Of a stretch of DNA of 45,833 bases, positions 1 through 10,344 are shown piece by piece. This stretch comes from Dimorphilus gyrociliatus (taxonomy: Eukaryota; Animalia; Annelida): NCBI GenBank assembly GCA_904063045.1, contig CAJFCJ010000066.1, positions 16,450-62,282 of the forward strand, given 5' to 3'. The position numbers were made by a program, and so were the translations under genes. Each line of letters begins with the position of its first letter. Position 1 is the stretch's first letter. The notes beneath the pieces were generated by a model, which was not told the origin of the DNA, searched no databases, and saw only the letters and a list, made by a program, of their open reading frames with translations.

Positions 1-34
1 TATAATATTAAGACATATATATTAAATTAACAAT

Positions 35-73
35 GGGTACGGTTTAACCAGGGTACGGTTTCACCTGCTCCCC
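35..73 (-). mobile_element. Terminus of a Mutator-like element (GGGAGCAGGTGAAACCGTACCC end with subterminal repeats)
   Basis: Two GGGTACGGTTT(A/C)ACC repeats followed by TGCTCCC; the same end motif occurs at 40689-40763 beside MULE transposase remnants. Confidence 0.5.
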
Positions 74-366
74 TGTGTCTGGTATACATAAGGGATTGAT
101 AGTTTAACATAGGCCTACAGACCTTATTCTACAAGCAACCCTAAGCATATACTATATTTATATATTGTTGAGTTGGTATTTATCAAAAGAAATCACTAGT
201 GAGGCGAAAGCGTCCTTCGTCTTGACCGTTTAGGAGTTCGGTTATACAACATCATAGATTTTTTACTACCCATTGTTGTTATAAATCTCAAAGAGAGCTT
301 ATCAATGATATGCTAGTCCAAACCGGACATTAAATCACCCCTTATCTTAGATTCAGGGTGATTAGG

Positions 367-2175
367 GCAGAATATTACAGTTCAGTTCTCTTCATTTATG
401 TTGAGAACTTATACTTGTAAGGTTGGAGACAAAGAAGTTCAGAAATATTGAAAAATAGCAGACAGCTTTTTAGATGATAATTAAATCAAATTTTAATAAT
501 GTAAACATTATCATATGATATTAAAAAATCAATTCAATGTGAAGGTCAACCTATTAATAGCTATTTTGTAGACAAAAAAAGAGAAGGTGCAAATATTCAA
601 TTAAACCAATTCAAACTCGATAAACATCATATCCCTTATAGAATTTTGAAACATTAAATGCATGATTTTCCCTCTAATGATTATTCCTTTTCAAATCATT
701 GCTCCTTGTAAGTCAGTTGGTGATTTCCTATCGTATTTAATACAATTTACTAATGCCATCTGTTGTTGAGATATAGAACTATTTTGTATTGCTTTAATTA
801 TGAAATCTATTGATATTTTCACCACTTATCTTCTAGGACAAATCGTTAATTTATTCATAGAAGGCCTATATATCCAGGAAAACCATATGTCCTTACAGCA
901 GCAGTTCTTCTGTCTTGAATTTAGTTGTCCGAAATATTCACATTACAATTATTGACTTACTTTATAGTAAAGTTCAAATGAACATAGCAATTGTGGGACA
1001 TTTACTATAGGAGGCGCTGTAGCATAGCACGCTTTATCAACCTCTTCTGCTAGTATAAAAGGAATACAAATGTCTGCTATAATTACACTTACCCGAATAG
1101 ACGAAATCAGAAGAGAAAAAACATAGATAATCCAGAAGATATGGAATTTTACTACTTTATTCTTAGCCCTCTTAGCAGAAGTGTTCTTTTTACAGCCAAA
1201 ATTTTAGACATAAAACTGAACTTGAAGGTTGTAAGCCTTTTAAAGGGAGAACAAAAAAGTGAGGAATATGCCAAGGTTTGTATATTATAATTCTTATATT
1301 AATGAATCACTTTATTCTGTTTATATCTTGCTCTTTAGATAAATCCTCATTCTAAAGTTCCTACTCTTGTTGATGGAGATTTCGTATTGTCCGAATCAAG
1401 GGCAATCATGATCTATCTCTTTAACAAGCATGGAAAATCAAAGGATGATTATCTCTATCCTAAAGATTTGAAGAAGAGAGCCAAAGTTGATCAATTCCTT
1501 TATTACTCTGCATCTTCATTTGTTTCAGCTCTTCTTGGTTATTTTAGGATAGTATTCACTGGACAGAGACAACCAACAGAGGAAGAGAAAAGCAAGTTTG
1601 AAGGAGCATTGGCTGACCTTGATCGTATTTACTTTCAGAATTCTAATTTCCTTTTTGGTGATAAGCCAACATTAGCTGATTTTGATTTGGCAGCAACTCT
1701 ACAACAGATGGAATTGATCAAAGTTGATTTTTCAAAATATCCAAGAATTTCTAAATTTCTGAATGCAGTTAAAAAATCGGAGTTTTTTAAAGCTGGTCAA
1801 CAAGAATTTAAGCAAACTGCTGAAGCTCTGCAAAAACGTTAACACTAAATTCTGTTATGTAATTCTAAATTCAATAATTTGTCTTTTCTATTGTTTGTGT
1901 TTATTTCAAAGAAATACAGCAAAAATGTGCTAGTTGAGTTAGCAAGTTGATAAAATAGAAATATATTGACTTTTGATATGGAAAATATATCGGTTGTTAA
2001 GTGTTTTACAAATAGCTACGTGGCGTTTCTAGTTACGGATGAAATCATTCTGGAAAATTTATCATCTGAGCTACCATCTCAACTGCCTAAATTCTTGATA
2101 CAGATTATAAAGCAGAGCACCTGGCTAAAGGCTTTCCAAAAGTATTGATTTGAGCTATGTATATAGTCTAAAATT
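367..2175 (+). repeat. Left arm of inverted duplication containing GST copy 1
   Basis: Manual alignment to the reverse complement of about 10345-12223 across the 5' flank, CDS, intron and 3' flank; boundaries approximate. Confidence 0.9.
1141..1842 (+). CDS. Glutathione S-transferase, theta/delta-like, 212 aa (exons 1141-1275, 1339-1842)
   Basis: MEFYYFILSPLSRSV..INPHSKVPTLVDGDFVLSESRAI..GDKPTLAD; 63-nt GT-AG phase-0 intron joins the frames. Confidence 0.95.
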
Positions 2176-2249
2176 ATGATATTGGGCTCTTTTTCCAAAT
2201 TCCATAATACTAGAATTGCACAGGTCATTGGATCCAGATAGAAATGCAT

Positions 2250-2440
2250 AGTGTGCACTTAGATATAAGGATGTGTCAGTATATAAAGGTACTTCAGAAA
2301 GACTCCTATTTCGTAGAGTTAGTTTTTAGCACTTTAGAAAGAATTCCATTTCGTAGGAAATAGACTCTTTGATCATAACAGATGGTGGCTACTTGGGAAT
2401 TAACAAAGAAACATGGAAAAGATGCATGTCAAAGTTGTTA
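2250..2440 (+). repeat. Dispersed degenerate repeat with ACTTTAGAAAGA-based subunits (family also at about 12720-12830 minus and 41655-41825 plus)
   Basis: Shared GTGCACTTAGATATAA, repeated ACTTTAGAAAGA..TATTTCGTAG, and AAATAGACTCTTT. Confidence 0.6.
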
Positions 2441-3249
2441 TATCTTATTCAATACCAGATGCTGAAGATGCAGACTTATTTTGCAGTAGCACATATTGGC
2501 CACATGGCCTTAATCTGAACATTATATTTTATATGTGTCATACAGCGGTCTTTCATATTTTTGTTACTTGTGAATTATGAGATTGTTAGATTTGAACTTT
2601 GTAATCCTTTGACCCGTTGAACCCAAGCTTTGGAAAATGTATAATAGGAAATGCATTTCCCAAGCTTGTCAGTTCAGTTCTTTAACTGTTAGCTGGCTGT
2701 TTGAACGTGCTTGTTTAGAACTAGAAACTCATTTACCCAATACATATTCTTTGTACGAAATACTGGCATTTTGGTGATTAATTTCTACTGAAATTACATT
2801 TGCTATGACCGTTTGTGGATGAACTTTAAAGGTTATATTCATTTGAGTACTTTTGGCAAATTGGTAAATGATTGGGAAGGACGAATACTGTTCTGAAGAA
2901 GCAGACATTTCTATAATTACAATACAAAAAGGTACAAATATGTCGAAGTTGACAGTCCGTAATTCAACTTTGAGAAATGACATTTTGGTATATGAAAGTA
3001 ACAAAATTAGAGCAAAGGAAATAGATGAGTATCTCTCTATAATAAATGAATTATTGTTGAGAATTAAAGGTAGTGCTGCCAAAGTTGATAGTAATAGCTC
3101 TTTGAAGTATCAGTCATCAACTGGGGCAACTACAATTTTGTTTTGATTGTGAAAAATAATTGTGAAGCTTTTTGGACAGAGATTTCTGTGATAAATGTTT
3201 GGAAAATTTATTGGAAGAAAGAAAAAAAAAGACCTTGACAGTATTCATA

Positions 3250-4120
3250 TTATTTGTTGAAAGTGATTGCTTTTTGAAAACAATGTCTACTGGCCAATCA
3301 TTCCAAGATCCAGACAATAATGGTTGTTGATCATTGAGTAAGGTAAATAATTATTATAAGTCGTATGCTATTTCCATCCTTTCTCATCTCAACATTCTTC
3401 AATTACAGCAGAATTACTAAAACATCAATCAATTCGCTTGCTTCACTAAATGCTCTGGACTCTTCACCTTCAGCATCAACTTTCATCATAGCACTTTTAA
3501 ATGATATTGATTCAATCAAATCATCTATTGGTTCAATAACCCATCTACTTCTTCGACATTAAATACGGTACATAGACCTAAGTTTTGCTCCAATGTTAAT
3601 AAATCCTGCATTTGGAGTTTTCTTAAGCAATTTTGATAAAATATCAAAACTGTCTTTATCGTATTTATGTCTTTTATTTCACTTTAATAATCTTGATATA
3701 ATGGATTCATTGTGGAGGCACATTTTAACCATCTTCGCCCGAATGAGTGGTAAGCATTGATATACTTCAGTGCAAAGTATTAATGTGAAATTCTTACACC
3801 AGGGGGCTCTCAAATTTATTCTAGGCTACAATTATAGCTAGCGGATGCATACATCAGAAATTGACAGGGTGTTGTTGAAAACGGCCACAGTTTTTCCAAA
3901 ATGATCAAATTTTTCCATTTCTATATCAAAAACTTTTCCAAAGAATGGAATCTTTGTTCCATTTCCAAAAGAAAACCAAATTATAGAATAGGTGTGTTCT
4001 TTCCTATTTTTTTCTTACAGTTTTATTTAGGTGTAGGAAGTAATCATTATTCAAATCAGACAACTTATGATGATCTTGAGGTGAACTTGATTATTCTTAG
4101 GTCTTCAGTGCAGTATCTTT
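3250..4120 (-). pseudogene. FkbM-family SAM methyltransferase pseudogene
   Basis: Minus-strand fragments CLPL..MCLHNESIISRLLK*NK..GFINIGAKL, VIEP, IDDLIESISFKSAMMKVDAEGEESRAF, WNDWPVDIVFKK; TGA at 3679-3681 plus frameshifts; limits approximate. Confidence 0.7.
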
Positions 4121-4523
4121 CTGAAAATATAGAAGGACAACCTGATTTTTTGGGCGATGAATCATCTAGAAATTTGTCAATGAACTAGAAGTATATTTTC
4201 TAGCTATTCTAAAAGATTGCCCTCTATCATTTCACATGCCATAATGCCTCCATCTGTTGTAGGCTGATATTCTCCTTCCATTATTCCAATAACTAAATAT
4301 GTGATGATTTGTGAATGAACAAAAGAATAGAGGCCTATTGTTTTCACAGAAGGAAGATACTGGCATTGATTAATGAAAAATGAAATAGTAAAGACATAAA
4401 GAATTCATTGCCTTCAATCATTCAGCAGATAATGATAAATGCAAATGTTTATTGATAAAAACTATATAGGGGAAAAAGTTTTTGTTTATCTCTCTTTTCC
4501 AACAATATTGGAATGAGGTGGAG

Positions 4524-6071
4524 ATGTTGAAAATGATATTCACTTTGATATTTACAACAATATTATTTACGTGTAACGCCTACTTTGAACGTTACATCAA
4601 TTCAATGGAATTAAGATATCATAATAGATACAAGTTTTAGCAACGACAAAATTATATTCATCTTGCGTTGAGTGGTTTAAAGATAACAATCAACACTCAC
4701 CCGAATACGTTTACATTGCCGATACATTCAATTCTTGGTATGAAGATGTTGCAAAAATAGAATCCGGATCTGAATGCAAATCTTCAAGTGGCAATTGTAA
4801 ATTGGCTTTTCAAGATACTCTACACTTTATTGATGAAATGTGGAAACCAACTGCCAATGATTTAATAACTTTTATAATGGTTGAAATGTTTAAAAAGTAC
4901 ATTATACAAGAAATACAAATTAATATCAGCCGTTAGAAAATGATATTGATAAAATAACTGTTTTAAATCAAGATAATGCAATATTTATCAATGTCAATCA
5001 AACATCTAATTGGACTAGAATCTTTACAAAATTAGAAACAAAATGGCTGAAATTTGTTATTGATGAAAAAGATGGAAAATTTATTGGAATCTATGAGATA
5101 AAAGCTTTTAGCCATCTTCCAATAATGAAACAGTTTAGATGCCATAAAGAATCCAATTCTAAAGTCATCACTTTGGATTTTATGCCGGGTTTGGCAAAAT
5201 ATGTCAAATATACGCCTACATCAATGGATTCTTGCAATACGAAAAAGAAAATTTATCCAATAGAGTGTGTTTAAATTTCTTTAGTTTTCGTTTTACATTT
5301 TCTTTTAATAATTTCAGAGTTAGTTATCTAATGGCTGAAAGATTGAATGAGTACAACATTTATCTTCGTTATCAAGAAATTACTATAAGATGCTCCGATG
5401 GGAAAAGTGATAACGTTCTGGCAACGTTGCGTCTAAAGAACAATGTTACCTATTCATTCTTAAACGATAATATTACGTGTTTTCAAACATATTCTGATTG
5501 TTCATGCAAAAATCATGGAAACGATTCTATTAAATATTCTGTTCATGAAAATTCACAGCATTTTCCAATTTTGGAATTATGCATTGGTAAAAGATACGAA
5601 GATGTTAAATTGGATTTTGTGGAGATTTTAATTTCTCATCTACATCTTGTCTCATTTATAGAGTCAAAATCATCTTCGAATGAGATAATTGTTGATAATG
5701 ATATGTCTACTTGTTCAGCTGACTTTCATTCAAATATCGTTTCTCTACATCAAGTTGCAAATAGTTCGATGAAAGTTTCAATTTGGTTCAAAAATCAAGG
5801 AAATCTAATCAACTGTAACGATTTCAATGTTTTTAAACAAGAGGAAGACAGGTGTGGACAGAATTCACTTAAACAATGTAAATGGATCAATATGGAATAT
5901 TATATTCATGGTCCGCTGTTTGTTTGCGATTATCATTGCGATTATGGAAGAATTCACCAAGTACTCATTAGAAAAGGACAACAAATTTTCGCCAATAGCG
6001 AATATATTTGCGAAGTATCAACATTTCTACTTGAAACAAATTTTCCAAATAACCGTCAAGATTACTCTTAA
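4524..6071 (+). pseudogene. Secreted discoidin/F5-8-like protein with Cys-rich C-terminus; two frameshifts (about 4637 and 4932); intron 5265-5317
   Basis: Signal peptide MLKMIFTLIFTTILFTCNA; WKPTANDLITFIMVEMFKKYIIQEIQI; ORF 5232-6071 supplies the last exon. Confidence 0.6.
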
Positions 6072-6499
6072 ATGAAGAGTCAATCTCTTTTGCAATGAAT
6101 TTGATAAAATGTTTAATTTATCAATTTTCCTTCTCTTGACATATTTTATTTACAAATAGAAAAAAAATTCCTTAATAATAAAAAAGACAAAATTGATTCA
6201 AAAAGTTAAGGTCAATGTCAGCAATATATAATATATCATGCTCTTGTCAATCCATGGAGGATAGGTCAGCAACTCTCTTTTGCCAACAACAACAATGATC
6301 CTCCTTTCATAGAATGTTCATTAGAAGAGGAGCAAAAAAAAAGAAAAGTCCAAAAGTATTTCTAAATAATACAGTGTCCCAGAAGTGCAAAAAATTGACA
6401 AGTTCTACATTTTAAAACCATATAACCATATAACCCTGTTTGCTAATATAAGTCAATGTGATTTTATAAATCAAAAACACAATTGAAAAGGATCTTGTA

Positions 6500-7942
6500 A
6501 TGTTTGTTAATTCACTAAAGAATATATCAATTAATTGTGTGAGTAATAATTTATGCTCTATCGTGGAATTCTGCAAGAAAGAAGATATAAAAATACCTTT
6601 TAAGCTGAGCAATGAAATATGTGAACATTTCTAAACTGATAATAAATCATATTTATATGGAAATGTTAGTCAATTTTCCTATAATGTTTTACCTTTAACT
6701 TCTATCACAATAGACAATAGAGAAGGGATCAGAATTGAAAATTTAAAGTTTTTGAGAGGCCATCCATTAAAAACATTGACTATTTATAATGGTTCATATG
6801 ACGAGTTACCAATCAGTTCAAAAATTGAAAATTTGAAATTAGTAAGCACAAAACTGACTTCTAGTGTCTTTAGTCAATTGGAGAAAGATTTGCAGGACTG
6901 TGTTTGCCTAAAATCAATTACAGTAACACAAGCAGCCGATATATCTTTTTCTTCTTTTAAGAATTTATGTAATGGATTAAAATGGGCAAATTGTTCATTA
7001 GAAGAAATTAACTTTTCAAATTGTGAATTATCAGAAGAAAAAGGAAACCTTCTAAGTAATCTATTAACAGAATATACAACTCTAAATGCTATAAACTTAA
7101 GTTATAATCAACAATTAAATAATGAAATTGAAAAAATATTTAGTGGATTAAAATCATCGTCTCTGTCTTTGCAACATATTGATTTGTATAATTGTAAGTT
7201 ATCAGAGAAACACAGCTTTTGGCTTGCAGATTTATTATTTGAATGTAAAGGATTAACTTATTTAGATATTGGTAACAATAATGATATGATGAAAGGATTT
7301 GAAAAAATATGTAATGGATTAAAATCATCGTCAAATACATTGAATCTTTTAAATTTTGCTTTTTGTGATTTAATTGAAGAGCAAGCATTTTGGTTAGGTG
7401 ATTTACTCTTTGAATGCAAACTATTGAGTTGTATATCATTTAATAATAACAGATTTATGAAAAATGGATTTCAGAGTATATGCAAAGGATTAAAATCATC
7501 GTCGTCATCCTCTCTACAACAAATTACATTGTTCCAATCAAATTTAACTGAAGAACATGCATTTTGGTTGGGTGATCTCCTATTGGAATGTACAAGCCTT
7601 CAAATAATAAATTTAAACTATAACACAAATATGGAAAAAGGATTTCAAAGTATATGCAATGGACTAAAATTTTCGTGTTTCATTTTGAAACATATTAATT
7701 TCTCATTTTGTGATTTATCAGAGGAACAAGCATTTTGTTTAGATGATTTATTATCAAAATGCACAGCTTTAAGACATTTAAATCTGTCTTTTAATTGTAA
7801 TATGAAAAATGGATTCAACAGAATATGTTCTGGATTAAATTCTTCCCATTTCACTTTACGACACATCAGTTTACTTCAGTGTTCTTTGTCAGAAGAGCAA
7901 AAGCTTTTGTTAAATAAATTCCCATTTACAATACAACTCTAA
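6500..7942 (+). pseudogene. Ribonuclease-inhibitor-like LRR protein gene with one in-frame TAA at 6632-6634
   Basis: ATG 6500 is in frame with ORF 6752-7942; N-terminal VNSLKNISINCVSNNL; alternating 28/29-aa LRRs. Confidence 0.75.
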
Positions 7943-8806
7943 AATAGAGAATATTGGACACTCTGCCTTATATTTTTTAATGTCTTATCTTCCCTTTTGT
8001 TAAGCTTTGCACTGATTTCATAAAGTTCTAACATAGAATGTTTGAAATATAAATAAACTCTTTCCTGTCTTTTCTTTATATATGCACAAAAAATAATCAA
8101 TGAAATATATATTTTTCATGGTGTAGTACTGACTTTTTCACTTGCTACTATAGAAAAATAGGAAAGTTTAGTGAATAATTTAGTGTAAAAATTCCAAATT
8201 TCTATTTTTTGCTATCATTCAAATATTCAAAGTGAAGAAATAATGAATCTGCTTTTGTTCAACATCTTCGTTTTCTCTTCAAGTATTTTCTCTTTCCTTA
8301 ACACACCAAATATATTTCTAGCAAATCTGAAAATAAATTCTCTTTTCAAATAATATTTTAAATGTTGGAATGAAACAATTTATGCAAAACTTGAAAATTT
8401 TGGAAATGGAGAAATCAAGTGCTCAGATAGAAGTGATGGATTAAATTGTCATTCGCCCAATTATAATGGTGAAGATGCCAAAAAAAATTGTCTTATGTAG
8501 TTAATTTAGGTCAGATTGGTATGACTTACAACAAGCAAATGCTGTGAAAAAATAAGCTTAATTCAACAATTTCACAAGTCTTTGACAGTTTATACAGGTT
8601 ATTTACCTTTGCAGACAGAATTATAATTTGAAAATAAGAGTATGTAGTCTTAACATGGTAAATGATACTTTCCCATAACAATACTATTTAAGAGTTGTTT
8701 GATGACATGGTGTAAGATTCTTCTACTAATCCAATATAAAATTATATTATTATAAAATTTCCTATTGAATAAATGCAGAATATTTTTACTATAACTTCAT
8801 AATAAG

Positions 8807-9727
8807 ATGGAGAATGACACTACTCTTTTCATAGCTGATTTGAATTTAAATTTTTACAAGCCATTTTTTATTTATGTGTCATTAGTTATAATTATTGGTA
8901 TACCTTCAAATTGCCTTATTCTATGCTTTTATGATTTCAAGAAAAAATTTTCTCCTTATGACATACTAATAAAGACTATGGCAGTTATTGATATTCTAGT
9001 ATGTGGAATATGTGCTCCCTGTGAAATTCTTCTTGAAATAGGTTTTATTAAAAATGTTCTCATATGTAAGATGACTGTCTTTCTCTATAATTCAATTTTA
9101 GTTACCTCCCCAATGAGTTTTCTAGTTGTTGCTGTTGAAAGATGGTTTTGTATTTGTAGGCCTCTTAAAATACTCGATCGAAAACACGTAAAAGTAGCAT
9201 TTCTATCAATTGCATCATTTGGTATTGTATCCGGTACATTCAATTGTATCAAGTATACAATCAAACTTGGCAAAAGATTTGATGGCCATATATCAAATAG
9301 CTGTTATCCTGCAAGTGGAGTCATTGACAATATTCACAAATATGCAATTCAATGTACATATATAGTGGCTATAACTGTGAATTATTCAATGTATGGTCTA
9401 GTCTATAGGGCTATCATTTTAAGACGTCTCAGGTTAAAAAAGACTAAGGGAAATGGAAACAACTCAAAAGATTCCTTAAAGAAATATGGTCAAAAGTTGA
9501 AAACTGTAACTATGCTGTTTGGCATTACAACAATATATATATTCAGTTGGTTTCCACTTTTACTAGAAGCTTTTGGCATTATGCCAAAAAATATTATTTT
9601 GAATCAATTATATCTAATTAATAATTTTTCAAATTTTTTTATATATATCATATTCCAAGAAAAATTTCGAAAGAATATAGCGAAATACTTTTTTGGCAAA
9701 TATCAAGCATCAATCACAGCAGAATGA
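8807..9727 (+). CDS. Orphan rhodopsin-family (class A) GPCR, intronless, 306 aa
   Basis: Seven hydrophobic segments; GIPSN (TM1), AVID (TM2), VAVERWFCICRP (TM3), SWFP (TM6), NNFSNFFIY (TM7). Confidence 0.9.
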   Translation: MENDTTLFIADLNLNFYKPFFIYVSLVIIIGIPSNCLILCFYDFKKKFSPYDILIKTMAVIDILVCGICAPCEILLEIGFIKNVLICKMTVFLYNSILVTSPMSFLVVAVERWFCICRPLKILDRKHVKVAFLSIASFGIVSGTFNCIKYTIKLGKRFDGHISNSCYPASGVIDNIHKYAIQCTYIVAITVNYSMYGLVYRAIILRRLRLKKTKGNGNNSKDSLKKYGQKLKTVTMLFGITTIYIFSWFPLLLEAFGIMPKNIILNQLYLINNFSNFFIYIIFQEKFRKNIAKYFFGKYQASITAE

Positions 9728-10024
9728 ACGTATCACTGTAAAAATGATGATTGAGTATCAGAGGCAAATTTTTGTGGAATTATTTAACTAGTAACAAGAA
9801 ATCAAAATAAAGACACTAAGCAGTGTAGACTTTTTTTTGTTATTCTTCTTTTGAAATCACTGAATTCAGTTAAATAAAGTTATTGTTCTTATTAAGAGAT
9901 AAATATCCATTTTTCAAATCATCTTCTTAATTTAAAACTTTTTCGATATTATAATCAGGGAAAATTAGATTGTCAATTGTAATTTTCCGTTCAATTTATC
10001 ATTGCGGTATATCACCTGAAATAC

Positions 10025-10195
10025 AATTTCGCTACAAATCACCTTGCTAGTACTTTCAATAGTCAGTTGACCATTGAAAATATTCAAATAATTTGCAACC
10101 TGCTCCGATTCACTTGAAATTGTGTATAAAGATCTAAATCTAGATCTAACCGAACTGAACCAGTGTACAAAATTTGAGCAAATTCGGCCAAACGA
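10025..10195 (-). repeat. Non-autonomous repeat, homologous to 44900-45060 (+)
   Basis: Shared GGTTCA..TTAGATCT..AATTTCA..ATCGGAGCA.GTTG..TCAATGGT..GGTGATTTGTAGCGAA. Confidence 0.55.
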
Positions 10196-10214
10196 TTCTG
10201 GAGCAATGGAGCTT

Positions 10215-10311
10215 TGAAGTTGATAGCTTTAATATGTTTTAAAACCGTTTGTTTGAAATGAAATGTACGTCCTTGAAGATCAGAATTTGGATATTCCTCT
10301 TTAAGTGACAT
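10215..10311 (-). mobile_element. Mutator-like transposase fragment
   Basis: EYPNSDLQGRTFHFKQTV matches the MULE P..GC.FH..Q motif. Confidence 0.55.
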
Positions 10312-10344
10312 ACATATTTGTATAGTTTAGTATTGTGGAATTTG

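Noticed and set aside
332-363. 8-bp hairpin (AATCACCC/GGGTGATT) at the outer edge of the GST left arm as a Helitron end
   Set aside because: No downstream CTRR terminus; a stem this short is expected by chance
2729-3146. Overlapping ORFs of 117 aa (-) and 92 aa (+)
   Set aside because: No motif or splice context recognised; cannot be assigned
3679-3681. In-frame TGA codons (also 18962-18964, 42939-42941) as selenocysteine or read-through
   Set aside because: The same genes carry frameshifts or are TE remnants; no SECIS recognised
7140-7866. Minus-strand ORFs inside the LRR gene; similar shadows at 9085, 15900, 29731, 30893-31649, 36315, 36816 and 44417
   Set aside because: Antisense shadows of real coding or formerly coding sequence
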